Positions 27,897-38,487 of a DNA stretch of 64,000 nt are shown here, piece by piece. This DNA comes from an uncultured Saprospiraceae bacterium. GTDB taxonomy: Bacteria > Bacteroidota > Bacteroidia > Chitinophagales > Saprospiraceae. Each line of letters opens with the position of its first letter. The stretch's first letter is position 1. The stretch is from assembly GCA_963837505.1 (NCBI GenBank), contig CAWINN010000006.1, positions 30,826 to 94,825 of the forward strand, in the 5' to 3' direction. The notes beneath the pieces were generated by a model, which was not told where the DNA came from, searched no databases, and worked only from the letters and a program-made list of their open reading frames with translations. Made by a program: the position numbers and the translations under genes.

Positions 27897-27980
27897 TACT
27901 TCCACCTTTTCCCATGGATGAAAGGCCTTCATGATGATGGGAGATAAAAATTCCTCCTCTGAACAATGCATCCGGATATA

Positions 27981-28022
27981 AAAATAAAGCCGCCTCAAAC
28001 TAATGAGACGGCTTTATTTTTA
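27981..28022 (-). terminator. Stem-loop terminator downstream of the SusD-like gene
   Basis: AAAGCCGCCTCA-N6-TGAGACGGCTTT is flanked by A/T runs on both sides, 20 nt beyond the stop at 28042. Confidence 0.65.
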
Positions 28023-28041
28023 CTATTAAATTAACGCGGTG

Positions 28042-29385
28042 TTAATTATCCCACCATACAGGTGTATATAAATTAACCTGGGTCGGGTCCGGACAGTTGT
28101 TGTTATACAACACTTCGGTTTCCGGATAGGGAAGACGTCTTGGAATTTGATTTCCGCTATTGGGCGTGAGTGCAGGAATATTGGTCCGCCTCCAATCCGC
28201 AAAGGCTTCCGGATCCAAAAACATGGCCAGATATTTTTGCGTCATGATCATATCCAGGGTCAGGTTGGCACTTCCGTTAGCCACAGCAGGTTGGGCGATA
28301 TACGTATTGTACATGGTGGTATCCGATATTTGGGCATCCCCAAACGAACTCTTTATACCGTCCAAATAAGCGTCATACGCGCCTCCTGTGTCACCAGTCC
28401 TGAATTTGGCTTCAGCTACCATAAATTCCTGTTCCGTGTAGGTAAGGAATGGCAGGGCATAATCACCTGTCAAAATCGGGTGGTCAGTATTCAGCGGAGC
28501 TCCATAGGTAGCATCCCTGGGATCATTCAAAGAAGTCAGAATCTCTTTATAGCGAATTCCGATAGCAATATCATTACGCTGCTCATTGTATTGATACCAG
28601 GGTCCATTAGCTGTTGAATTGGATCCGTAGGGTAACCGGGCATCATTACCCTGCTGAATACCACCCTGTGCAATTGCATCGACAACAGCTTGATAATTGC
28701 CTGACTTCTTGGCCAATCTCAAATTCACTCTACCTTGAAGTGCATTGACGAAACCGGACCATTTAGCCACGCTTCCTCCATAGACCAGGTCATCTGCGCC
28801 CGGTTTTTTGGATGAAGTCCCTTTAGCAAATTCAGTTCTGGCCGAATTCAGCAGGCTATTAATGGAATTGAAAATATCCTGTTGCGTATCGAATAGGGGC
28901 TGGGGCACATCGAGACCCTGAAGTGCATCCGAATATGGAATATCCCCGAAACAATCTGTCGTAAAGAGCAGGGTATAGGCTTCAATAGCATCAGCTATAC
29001 CTAAATAGGTAAACTCAGTTTCCGGATCGGCGATCGCTCTCAATTCCTTCAGGTTGTTCAGCACTTTAGGGTAAATCAACCCGATCCACATATTATCGAC
29101 CGTATTGCCGACAATGGAATAGTTGTTGAAGGCCACAAATTGCCGGCTAACTCCGGTAAGGTGTTGACTAAACAATCCCAAGAACCTGGACCCATCTCCC
29201 CAGTATACATAGCTTAAGGCTAATTGTGTGGTGGGCAGCAATACACTGACCGGCACTACATTGGGTGAGTTGGGATTTGTATTTGAATCTTCTAGAAATT
29301 TATCGCATGAAGTGATAAAAACAGAGAAGCAAATTAAGATCAATATAAATATCTTATTTGTTTTCATTTTTCTGATTTTTGTCAT
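28042..29385 (-). CDS. SusD/RagB-family nutrient-binding outer-membrane lipoprotein
   Basis: Lipobox FITSCDKF. It sits immediately downstream of the SusC-like gene (7-nt gap). About 440 aa, with a composition and C-terminal WWDN-type ending consistent with SusD-like_2 proteins. Confidence 0.8.
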   Translation of the reverse strand: MTKIRKMKTNKIFILILICFSVFITSCDKFLEDSNTNPNSPNVVPVSVLLPTTQLALSYVYWGDGSRFLGLFSQHLTGVSRQFVAFNNYSIVGNTVDNMWIGLIYPKVLNNLKELRAIADPETEFTYLGIADAIEAYTLLFTTDCFGDIPYSDALQGLDVPQPLFDTQQDIFNSINSLLNSARTEFAKGTSSKKPGADDLVYGGSVAKWSGFVNALQGRVNLRLAKKSGNYQAVVDAIAQGGIQQGNDARLPYGSNSTANGPWYQYNEQRNDIAIGIRYKEILTSLNDPRDATYGAPLNTDHPILTGDYALPFLTYTEQEFMVAEAKFRTGDTGGAYDAYLDGIKSSFGDAQISDTTMYNTYIAQPAVANGSANLTLDMIMTQKYLAMFLDPEAFADWRRTNIPALTPNSGNQIPRRLPYPETEVLYNNNCPDPTQVNLYTPVWWDN

Positions 29386-29392
29386 TACTGAA

Positions 29393-32300
29393 TTAGAATT
29401 TAAGTCCTATACTGATCGTATAACTCTTCGTATTCGGACCCTGGAAATAATCCAGCCCCTGACCATTTGAATTAGATCCAACCAAGCTGGTCTCCGGATC
29501 AACGCCGTCATACGGTGTGCTTAACCACAGGTTATTACCTGACAAAGTAACATACAGATCATCGAGTGACTTATTATTCTTCAGCATAGAGTTGAAAGAA
29601 TAGGTCAGTGAAATGGTTCTCAGCCTTACAAAAGAAGCATCTTCGATGAAATCTTCAGCGACTACACCAAACCCACCTCCGTTGTCCTGATACCATCCCT
29701 GATCCAGGGAGGCTGTGATATCGTTGGTCTTGCCGGCGAGTACCAGATTGCCATCAGCATCAAGATGACCATTTACGCCATCGAATACTGTAGTTGTGCC
29801 CCGGTTGAGCGTATTGGCTGATCTTCCGAAGAAGGTAAGCGCTCCTTTGGTACCGTTCCACATTTGGCCGCCTGACTTAATATCGAATAAAAAGCCAAGA
29901 CTTAAATTCCTAAAGGAAATATGATTGTCGATACCCAGTAAGAAGTCAGGATTAGGATTGCCCAGGTGGCGCTGAATCGGATCGGCCAGCGGGTATCCAT
30001 AGTAATCACTGTTCGGGTCGTCATCAATGACAATATGTCCATTGCCATCTCTGAGCCATACACCGCCATATAATTGACCATATTCATAGATTGTCTTATT
30101 CCCGTTGGCATCGGTCTCAGGACCCAGGTTATATACAGAAGATCCTTCGAATCCATCCAGGTATATCTGATTGACTCCTTCGGCAATGGAGAGTACATTC
30201 GTTTTCCATTTTGTAAAGTTGAATCCAATATCCCAGTTGAAATCGGTACTCCGTACAATGCCTAAGGTTAAATTGAGATCAATACCTTTGGTTTCCAATT
30301 CACCTGAATTAATGGTAGCCCGCTGATACCCGGTGGAGGCAGCAATAGGAACCGTCACGATCTGATCTACTGAATTTCTCTTATACACCGACAGATCCAA
30401 TCCCAATCGATTGTTGAACATTTTCATTTCCAATCCAAGTTCGGTTTCTTTTGATCGGGATGGTTTGAGCTTAGTTGCACCGAGTACATTGTCTTTCTCA
30501 AAACCGGTCACACTGCCATTGAATGGAAATCCGATACCATTGGTCCATCCGTCATTTAAGTCATTGACCGTACCGGCTGTGGGTGGCACTACAAATGTAG
30601 TAGAGGTCAAATAGGCTGCCGGAGCTCCGGCACCAATTTCAGCATAGGAGACCCGGAACTTTCCATAATTGATCATGTCTGATTTCAGCAATTCGGAGAA
30701 AATGAAACCCAATGACACTGAAGGATAAAAGACAGCAATGTCACTCAGGTTGAGATTCCGGGCAGGATCAATCAAGGAGGATAACCAGTCTTGTCTTCCG
30801 GTAACGTTCAGGAACAATAAATTATTAAATCCCAGGGATGCACTACCAAAAGCGGAAACGGATCTGCTGTTGGTAATGTTTTTCGTTGTGGAAATGGTAG
30901 AAGCGTTAGCCAGATTAGGAAATCCGGGAAAACTGAATCCATCGCCCTGGATATAATTATTGACTATTTTGGTTTTGTTCAGATTAGATCCCAGGGTATA
31001 GTCCAGATTGAATTTATCTGAGAGCGATCCTTTTCCTGACAGGGTAAGATACCAGTCCAGATTGCCGTAGATGTATGTATCGTCAAAAATTCTTCCGCTT
31101 GGAAATGCTCTGGAGTTGATTTCAAAGGATTGAACGCGATTATCGGAATAATCATCGATACCAATATTGGTCCCCAGGGTAAACCAATGGCTGAAATCAT
31201 AGGAACCGTTGAACGAACCGATAATTCTATTGACATTGTCGTTGAAAGGATTGTTGGCAATAACCCAGAAAGGATTATCGTATCCACCACCACCCCGGTA
31301 ATTCCGCTGCTTTCCATTGTCCTGATAATAGGCATCCGTAAAGGAAGCTGCATCCGAGCCATGGCCGTTGCTATTGTCAAAAGAAATAGGAGTTCTTAAC
31401 AAACCAAGCATGAGTCCTGACGTATTGGATCCCTGCTGAATTCTTCTGCCGCCGGAATTGGAATAATTGGCATTAACCGTCATATGCAATCTTTTATCCA
31501 TCAGGTTTGTTCCTAATGAAGCGCTTGCATTTGTCCGTCTGAACGTATTCTCCGGCGTGATTCCATCTTCCGTGGTATTTCCACCAGAAATTTTGAAATT
31601 GACCACGTCCGTACCACCATATACATTGATATAGTTATTGTACGTCATACCGGTTTTAAACAGGTTATAGTTATCATATGGACTGAATTGAGTCTTAGCG
31701 TTCGGATTACTTTGTCCTACTAGTTTTCCATGCGAATCAAAAGCATAGTCTGTAGCGCCATCCCAATACATGGTATCGGCTGCAGGTCCCCAGCTTCCGC
31801 TTTGACCGGTTTCAGGACCCTGGTAATGCCCGCCTGAACCCTGGAGGTAGAGATTCTGTAATTCGGGTAACTGGCTTGCTTCCACAAGGGAAAGGGACGT
31901 ATTAAAGTCCATTTTTATTTTTCCCTGCGTGTCTTTACCTTTTTTAGTGGTTATGAGCAACACTCCGTTAGCACCGTCGGCTCCATACAAAGCGGATGCA
32001 GCGCCTCCCTTCAGAATGGAAATGGACTCAATATCATTAGGGTTAATATCCATACCCCGGTTGGAATTGGATACACCGCCTAATGACCTTTCTGAATGGT
32101 TTTCGGCATTATTTACTACTGCACCGTCCACCACAATAAGGGCTTCATTATTGCCATCAAACGTGGTGGGGCCTCTCAGGACAACCCTGGTGGGAGCCCC
32201 TGCATTGCCATTTGATTTGATGGCTTGCAAACCGGCAACTTTACCTTCGAGAGCTTCTAATGCGCTGGTAGCATGGGATTCAACCAATGCATTTCCGCTG

Positions 32301-32665
32301 ACTTCCTGGACTGAATAGCCCAGGGATTTCTTTTCCCGGGTGACACCAAGAGCGGTAACTACTGCCTCGGAGAGCTCAAGACCTTCTGTCATCGTGATGT
32401 TTAATTCACTTGACTGGCCTGGGGATAACTCCTGGGTAGCGTAACCAGTATAACTGATGACCAGCTGATCATATCCCTGCGGGATAGTGACGCTGTACAT
32501 CCCATTAAAGTCCGTGACAGTACCGACTGTCGAGCCTTTAACAAAGATGTTAGCTCCGATTAAGGGCTCGCCTGCCTGGTCAGTAACCTTACCGGTTACC
32601 ATCCGCTGGCCAAAAAGCCCCATGGTCAGAAGCAACAAAGGAAATAAAAGTAAGAACTTCCTCAT
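29393..32665 (-). CDS. SusC/RagA-family TonB-dependent outer-membrane transporter
   Basis: N-terminal carboxypeptidase-regulatory-like domain VTGKVTDQAGEPLIGANIFVKGSTVGTVTDFNGMYSV. Plug motifs (RVVLRGPTT, ALIVVDG, ILKGGAASALYG). C-terminal beta-barrel ending ...SIGLKF. Confidence 0.9.
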   Translation of the reverse strand: MRKFLLLFPLLLLTMGLFGQRMVTGKVTDQAGEPLIGANIFVKGSTVGTVTDFNGMYSVTIPQGYDQLVISYTGYATQELSPGQSSELNITMTEGLELSEAVVTALGVTREKKSLGYSVQEVSGNALVESHATSALEALEGKVAGLQAIKSNGNAGAPTRVVLRGPTTFDGNNEALIVVDGAVVNNAENHSERSLGGVSNSNRGMDINPNDIESISILKGGAASALYGADGANGVLLITTKKGKDTQGKIKMDFNTSLSLVEASQLPELQNLYLQGSGGHYQGPETGQSGSWGPAADTMYWDGATDYAFDSHGKLVGQSNPNAKTQFSPYDNYNLFKTGMTYNNYINVYGGTDVVNFKISGGNTTEDGITPENTFRRTNASASLGTNLMDKRLHMTVNANYSNSGGRRIQQGSNTSGLMLGLLRTPISFDNSNGHGSDAASFTDAYYQDNGKQRNYRGGGGYDNPFWVIANNPFNDNVNRIIGSFNGSYDFSHWFTLGTNIGIDDYSDNRVQSFEINSRAFPSGRIFDDTYIYGNLDWYLTLSGKGSLSDKFNLDYTLGSNLNKTKIVNNYIQGDGFSFPGFPNLANASTISTTKNITNSRSVSAFGSASLGFNNLLFLNVTGRQDWLSSLIDPARNLNLSDIAVFYPSVSLGFIFSELLKSDMINYGKFRVSYAEIGAGAPAAYLTSTTFVVPPTAGTVNDLNDGWTNGIGFPFNGSVTGFEKDNVLGATKLKPSRSKETELGLEMKMFNNRLGLDLSVYKRNSVDQIVTVPIAASTGYQRATINSGELETKGIDLNLTLGIVRSTDFNWDIGFNFTKWKTNVLSIAEGVNQIYLDGFEGSSVYNLGPETDANGNKTIYEYGQLYGGVWLRDGNGHIVIDDDPNSDYYGYPLADPIQRHLGNPNPDFLLGIDNHISFRNLSLGFLFDIKSGGQMWNGTKGALTFFGRSANTLNRGTTTVFDGVNGHLDADGNLVLAGKTNDITASLDQGWYQDNGGGFGVVAEDFIEDASFVRLRTISLTYSFNSMLKNNKSLDDLYVTLSGNNLWLSTPYDGVDPETSLVGSNSNGQGLDYFQGPNTKSYTISIGLKF

Positions 32666-33012
32666 AACAATCTGATTTTAAGTTAATTAATTAATCGCTT
32701 AGTCTTGTTTGACTTGAACTGACGCCAAGTTAACAATTTCTTAATTCAAACGATAGCAAGTAATGGATAGCTGCTAAAAAGAAAATTTAGTCTATGAATA
32801 ACATGAAATGGTAGAATAAACGATGGCAGACTTGCCTAATAGCCAAAGGATTATGGAGTAAAAAAGTATGTAAATTTTGTTTACAAAGGCAATGCTTTGA
32901 GCCTAAAATATTTATCCCTGGACACGCTAAATATTGTTCCTCTAGAATTCTGGAGGATCGTTTTTCAAAGTTTCCGCTAGATTGCCGGGGACCTGCTTCT
33001 ACCCTAAAAACT

Positions 33013-33100
33013 GGGGCGGAAGGGGCGGAAGGGGCGGAAGAGGTGGAAGAGGCGGAAGGGGCGGAAAGGGCGGAAGGGGCGGAGGGGCAAGGGCGGAAAA
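33013..33100. repeat. Nonanucleotide tandem array (GGGGCGGAA)n
   Basis: Direct reading. It is followed by the palindrome CCCCACCTTTAAAGGTGGGG at about 33121-33140. Confidence 0.9.
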
Positions 33101-33166
33101 TTAAAGAGGGATTCGTGTTACCCCACCTTTAAAGGTGGGGAAGGAGCAGAAAGGAAGTCCCCCAGG

Positions 33167-33673
33167 TTACAATTCCTTTATATACAGGTTCAATTCTTCC
33201 CCTTCCAGGACTAAGGGGTGGTCAAAATGAAAACCCAGTTTCACCAGGAGTTTGATAGAGGATGCATTATCCCTGGTGGTAAAAGCCATCAGCCGGGAAT
33301 GGTTCAATTGTTCTTTTGCATATAGAACAATAGCATGAGCTACCTCATACGCATAGCCCTGCCCCGTGAACTCCGGCAAAAAAGCAAAACCTAAATCAAT
33401 ATCCTCGAGATACTCCCTTTTGGCAAGACCTGCTGAACCCATTGCCTCGCCTGTACTTTTTAATTCCACTTTCCAAAAGCCAAATCCAAAATCCTTGTAA
33501 CTCTTTATGGAACCCTCCGCTAAATAACGCTCAGCATCAGCCAGGGTGTAGACTTTTCGATCACCGATGTACTGCAACCACGACGGCTCATTGGCCAGCC
33601 GAAACATGAAGCCTGCATCATCGATAGTGAATTCGCGGAGACGAATTCTTTCCGTTTCAAGGATAAGACGCAT
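33167..33673 (-). CDS. GNAT-family N-acetyltransferase (RimJ/RimL-like)
   Basis: 168 aa. N-terminal LETERIRLREFTIDDA and central FAFLPEFTGQGYAYEVAHAIVLYA are typical of the Acetyltransf_3 family. Confidence 0.75.
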   Translation of the reverse strand: MRLILETERIRLREFTIDDAGFMFRLANEPSWLQYIGDRKVYTLADAERYLAEGSIKSYKDFGFGFWKVELKSTGEAMGSAGLAKREYLEDIDLGFAFLPEFTGQGYAYEVAHAIVLYAKEQLNHSRLMAFTTRDNASSIKLLVKLGFHFDHPLVLEGEELNLYIKEL

Positions 33674-33685
33674 AAATGGTTTTGA

Positions 33686-35299
33686 TCAATAACGCGGATC
33701 ATACATATACGCTGCAATTTGTGCTCTTAAATCCTGCGGCCTGTCTATTCCTGCCAGGCCATCCTCAAATAGCTTATTCGCCACAGCGGTGGCAATGTCC
33801 AATGAAATCTTTCGTATGTTTTTAAATGGAGGGTATACGGATCCTTCTTCAATATCCTGGTCCACGACACTATTCGCCAGGGCCTTGGCGGCGGTGAGGA
33901 AAATATCATCTCTGATCATAGATGCTTTGCAAATGATCGCGCCCAGGCCGACCCCCGGAAAAATGTAAACATTGTTTCCCTGACCGGGTTTGATTATGCG
34001 TCCTTCATACTCCACCGGTTTGAAAGGACTGCCGCTGGCAAATACGGCGCGGCCACCACTCCATCGATAAGCTTCTTCTGCAGTGCATTCTGCCCTGTCC
34101 GTCGGATTTGACAAGGCGAAAATCACGGGTCGTTCATGATATGTAGCCATGCGTTCAATAACCTCCTGTGTAAATGACCTGCCGGCACCCGTGGCTCCGA
34201 TCAAAACATTCGGTTTAATTTTTTCCAGTGCTTCCATAAAAGGAAGGTGCTCAAAATCCTGAGCAAAACGTTTCTTGTGTTCCGCCAGATCAGATCTTCC
34301 CGACACTACCAGGCCGTGTCCATCCGCATACCACAGACGTTTTACGGCTTCCGCTTTTGACAAACCTTCTTCCATGAATGCACTCACCATCAGATCCCCG
34401 ATGCCAATAGCTGCAGAGCCGGCACCTAAAAACATAATGGTAAGATCTTTATAAGGCGTACCGGTTATCCTCGTACAATTCAGAATACCGGAAAGCGCTA
34501 CGGCCGATGTCCCCTGAATATCATCATTAAAGCACAATACTTTCTCCTGGTATTTAGCCAGCAACCGGAAGGCATTCGCGGTCTGGAAATCTTCGAACTG
34601 GATCAATGCCTCCGGGTATTTGACCTGAACCGTATTTACAAATTCATCTAACAGCTCATCATATTGTTCACCCTTGATCCGCTCATGAGGATATCCGATA
34701 TACAGCGGATCTTCCAATAATTCCTGATTATTGGTTCCTACATCTAACATCACCGGCAGGCACTGCTCCGGGCGGATTCCTGCGCAGGTAGTATATAGTG
34801 CGAGTTTACCAATGGGTATGCCCATGCCGTTGGCGCCCAGATCTCCCAAACCAAGAATGCGCTGGCCATCCGTAATCACAATGATGCGAATATCTTTTTC
34901 CGGCCAGTTGTCCAATATCTGACTAATGGAACCTCGATCGTCCGGGTTAATATAAAATCCATGCGCATGCCGGAAAATATGAGAAAACTCTTTGCAGGCC
35001 TGACCAACGGTAGGTGTATAGATCAGTGGGGTGATCTCGTCTATATGTTCGATAGCGGTCTGGTAGAAGAGCCGCTCATTGCGCTCCTGCAGGGAAGACA
35101 GGAAGATATAGCGTTCAATATCATATTCTTTTCTTCGCAGATTGCCCATGATCCGGGTGATCTGTGTCTTCTGGTCCGAAATGAAGTATGGTAATAGTCC
35201 CCGAAGGCCGTATTGCTCCCTTTCTTCCCGGGAAAAGGCGGTTGATTTATTTAGCGCCGGGTCATGTAACAACTCCACGCTTCTTTTGGAAATGGGCAT
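33686..35299 (-). CDS. maeA: NAD(P)-dependent malic enzyme
   Basis: Motifs LNKSTAFSREEREQYGLRGLLP, YTPTVGQAC, FNDDIQGTSAVALSG and FLGAGSAAIGI are classical full-length malic enzyme signatures. I prefer the ATG at 35299 over the listed TTG at 35329. Confidence 0.9.
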   Translation of the reverse strand: MPISKRSVELLHDPALNKSTAFSREEREQYGLRGLLPYFISDQKTQITRIMGNLRRKEYDIERYIFLSSLQERNERLFYQTAIEHIDEITPLIYTPTVGQACKEFSHIFRHAHGFYINPDDRGSISQILDNWPEKDIRIIVITDGQRILGLGDLGANGMGIPIGKLALYTTCAGIRPEQCLPVMLDVGTNNQELLEDPLYIGYPHERIKGEQYDELLDEFVNTVQVKYPEALIQFEDFQTANAFRLLAKYQEKVLCFNDDIQGTSAVALSGILNCTRITGTPYKDLTIMFLGAGSAAIGIGDLMVSAFMEEGLSKAEAVKRLWYADGHGLVVSGRSDLAEHKKRFAQDFEHLPFMEALEKIKPNVLIGATGAGRSFTQEVIERMATYHERPVIFALSNPTDRAECTAEEAYRWSGGRAVFASGSPFKPVEYEGRIIKPGQGNNVYIFPGVGLGAIICKASMIRDDIFLTAAKALANSVVDQDIEEGSVYPPFKNIRKISLDIATAVANKLFEDGLAGIDRPQDLRAQIAAYMYDPRY

Positions 35300-35522
35300 A
35301 ATTCGCTTATTGGTCAAAAAGTTTGCCAAGATAACTGAATTGAAATTCAGGCCCCATGCAGGAGACCTGTTTATCCTTTTAAACTTCTTTGCATTACTAT
35401 AAAAGAAGAATATTATGTTGTATATTCCAATAAAACATTGAGGATAAAGAGGGATAAAGGGAGAAAAAGCAATTTATTTTTCAACCCGGGAAAAGTTAAA
35501 CTGCATCAGGCGCGAAAAATAA

Positions 35523-36023
35523 TTATTTTTCCTTATCCAGGATCAACTTTCCATGCGCATCTATCATCCTTCGGGCCATTTTAAATTTTCTTTTCCAATA
35601 CCGGTCCTTCAGACTGGATATCATCACGCCGCGGCTACTGGAAGCGTGCATAAAATTCAGATCGGAAATATGAATGCCGATATGCGGACGACCGAAGAGG
35701 GAACCTTTGAACACGATAAGATCGCCCGGCTGCAGGGAATCAATCGGTACGTTAATCCCCTCCACCCGCTGTTCAACCACCCGCCTGGGCAACTCGAGGT
35801 GAAACACATCCCGATAACATTGCCTGGTCAGCGCCGAACAATCGATGCCCGTTTTATCTGTTCCGCCAAGCTTGTATGGAACGCCTTTCCATATCCCGTA
35901 AAAATCCATGATCGATTGTTCCGTAGTAGTCACTACATGATGGGTATGACTTCCGCAGGAAAACAATCCCATGGGTATCCACATGAACAGCAATAACCAT
36001 CCTGAATAACGACGATGAAACAT
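35523..36023 (-). CDS. NlpC/P60-family (C40) peptidoglycan peptidase
   Basis: Signal peptide. Catalytic-type motifs GGTDKTGIDCSALTRQCY and PGDLIVF...HIGIHI. Confidence 0.75.
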   Translation of the reverse strand: MFHRRYSGWLLLFMWIPMGLFSCGSHTHHVVTTTEQSIMDFYGIWKGVPYKLGGTDKTGIDCSALTRQCYRDVFHLELPRRVVEQRVEGINVPIDSLQPGDLIVFKGSLFGRPHIGIHISDLNFMHASSSRGVMISSLKDRYWKRKFKMARRMIDAHGKLILDKEK

Positions 36024-36084
36024 GAAAAGGGGTTGAGGTATAAAATTAAAAAAAAGAAAAAATACCAGCTGGTCATTATTTTCT

Positions 36085-38290
36085 TTATAAAATAATAATT
36101 CGTTTCCGATAGGTTATCCCCTCCTGGTGAATGATCAGGGAATACACTCCGGCATTCAACCTGGAAATATTGACAGACTCGTTCTGACCTACATTTGATT
36201 TTTCCAAAACTAATTTTCCATCCATGGTAAACAGCAGGAGTTGAAATGAAGCATTTACATGTAATGGTAAGGCCATTTTAATTTCATCCCGTGCAGGATT
36301 TGGCCAAACTAACATTTGAGGGTCCGCCTGGATATCTTTCGTTCCCGTTAAAATCAACACGCTCAAATAGAAAGTATCCGATTGGCATTCATTACTGATG
36401 ATTAAGGTCGCCTCATACGCTCCGTCATTGTATTGATGAACCGGGTTTTGTTCCTCGCTCATGTCTCCGTCTCCGAACAACCACAGGACATGGTCAACTG
36501 CCCCAAGGGAGGTATTGGTAAATGTAACTACCTGCCCTTCCTGAGTAAAGGTGGCATCTGCTGATAACTCAGGACTTCCCAGGTGGTTCACCATTTGCTG
36601 TACCCCTTCGCTCATATTATAGTACGTTCCGCTGGGTGTACGTTGTAAATTCATCGCCCGGACCATATAGGTGATGTCCCCTTCAAAAGCAAGACAGGAA
36701 TCAGTATATTCCTCTTTGGTGATTGGGTCAGCGTTGAGGCGAATGAAGTCCTCCTCATTTGCACCTTTGCGATAGACATTGTAGCCCATGATTGAATCCG
36801 GTGAAGGCTCCCAGGTTAACCGGACATGGTAGCCTGCATTGGATACATCCAGTTTGGAAACCGGGGCAATGATATCATTACGCAACGTCGGATCACCCAT
36901 CAGCCCGATGCTTACGAAGCGGGCACCATAACTCGCGAAATAAGTACTGCTGTTATTTTGCGTGGTCCGAGCACAATAGCCGATCGTTTCGCCCATGGCC
37001 ATTTGATGAAACACCCAATGTGGTCTTCCGCTCCAGGCATTAGTCAGGGTCAATCCCTGGGCCAGCGGTGCGCGCAGGAAATTGTTCTGCGAATCCCAGT
37101 CCCCGAAATAACTGCCGAATAACATGGTGAACACAGATTGTGTGTGAGAATTGGCAAAATCTGCGGTGCTGCCAATGCCGCCGGCGCCCTGGAACCATCC
37201 GCCACCACAACCATAGGACCATAAATAACTACTGTCGGCCATAGTGGTGAGATAATCACTGGCTGTTACCCTTTCAGGACTGACAATAGGACCGATGTTT
37301 TTATATCCGCTGGAAGCGAAGGCTTCTCCACTGAAATAGCCGAAATTATCATCTATCAAACCCCTTGACATGGGTGTAAACAATTTCTGCCGAAAGGCGT
37401 GATCTTTATTTAAATAGTTACGCAGCAATTCCACTTCACTGGCAGCGAAGGCAGGCATGTTGGCAAAATCAACGCGACCTATTTGCAATTCTATGTCACT
37501 TGGAATCAAACTTTGATCAAATTTTCCATCTCCGGGAATATTGCGATTGCGTACATCACCGGCCACTGTATCATTGACCGTGACATCAGTCCAGGTACCG
37601 TTCATGTCGCCGTAATAGGTATCCGTAGGCCACGCACCCAGATGATCGGGGTGACCATCAGGATTCAGTTCTCCACTGTACGGGACAGGCACATGACCGA
37701 GGATAAATACGCACTTTGCTTTCGGGCTGCTGGCATCGTATACTTGTTTGATTTGTGTTTTCACTTCAGTTGCTGAAGCTGAGCGATCGGCTTCAATGGT
37801 GGTTACCCGCCATCCATCTCCTTCAGCATCCTTGATCCATTGATCTGTTTCCGGTTGAAGGGAATCCACCATCGTCCGGTCTACGACGAGAATGAGATTT
37901 CCTCTTGACTCTACCAGGGGCACTTCAATGCCTGAATTGATATAACCATAGCCGGTGTAAGCAGCTGCTGATCGTATCACTCTGTATTCGTAGCTGGTCC
38001 CGATGCTAACCGTTGAATCAATGAAGGTGGTTGCATCTCCTGTTAGTGTTCCTATGGTTCCACTCCAGTTAGTGGAGTTTTTTGGTTTTCTGGCTACCGT
38101 GTATTGTGTAGCTCCTGCATTAGGAATCCAATGCAGGGTAATGCGTGGAGGATTTTTCTGGACTTCAGCACTGAGTTCTACGCTGGCATCCTGGCAGGAT
38201 TGGGAGTAGCAGAGGCTGAGGCTGAGACTGAGGCTGAGGCTGAGAGCTGAGGCTAAGGCTGAGGAAATATTTAGGAGAGAGTGATTTCAT
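36085..38290 (-). pseudogene. Secreted FN3 + caspase-fold (gingipain/C25-like) + PKD protein with T9SS CTD. The 5' end is frameshifted inside a hexanucleotide repeat (or the assembly has an indel)
   Basis: The reading frame of 36085..37980 stays open upstream to 38286 (..ALASALSLSLSLSLSLCYSQSCQDASVELSAEVQKNPPRITLHW..) but has no start codon there. ATG at 38290 (MKSLSPKYFLSLSLS...) is in the -1 frame and terminates at 38165. One 7-nt unit (CTGAGAG, 38240-38246) interrupts the 6-nt array. Downstream motifs: ILGHVPVPYSG, SYGCGGGW, a PKD domain, and a VWPNPARDEI tail. Confidence 0.6.
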
Positions 38291-38331
38291 GGCGATGGAT
38301 TGAGTGGTTTTCAAAGATATGTTTTCTATGG

Positions 38332-38487
38332 CCACAGGTACAACCTGTGGCAAAGGATGTTGGATCCCTTCGGGATGCGCCACGGGTACAACCCGTGGGT
38401 GATAATGTTGCATCCCTTCGGGATGCTGGTAAGATCCCTTCGGGATCATTCTCTTATCCTTCGGGATCAATCTCTTATCCTTCGGGA
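38332..38487. repeat. Array of 7 short GC-rich stem-loops from two families (CCACRGGTACAACCYGTGG and GATCCCTTCGGGATC), including a 20-nt tandem duplication
   Basis: Hairpins at 38332-50, 38364-76, 38380-98, 38410-26, 38433-47, 38456-67 and 38476-87. The A>G change in one arm is matched by T>C in the other. Confidence 0.85.
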
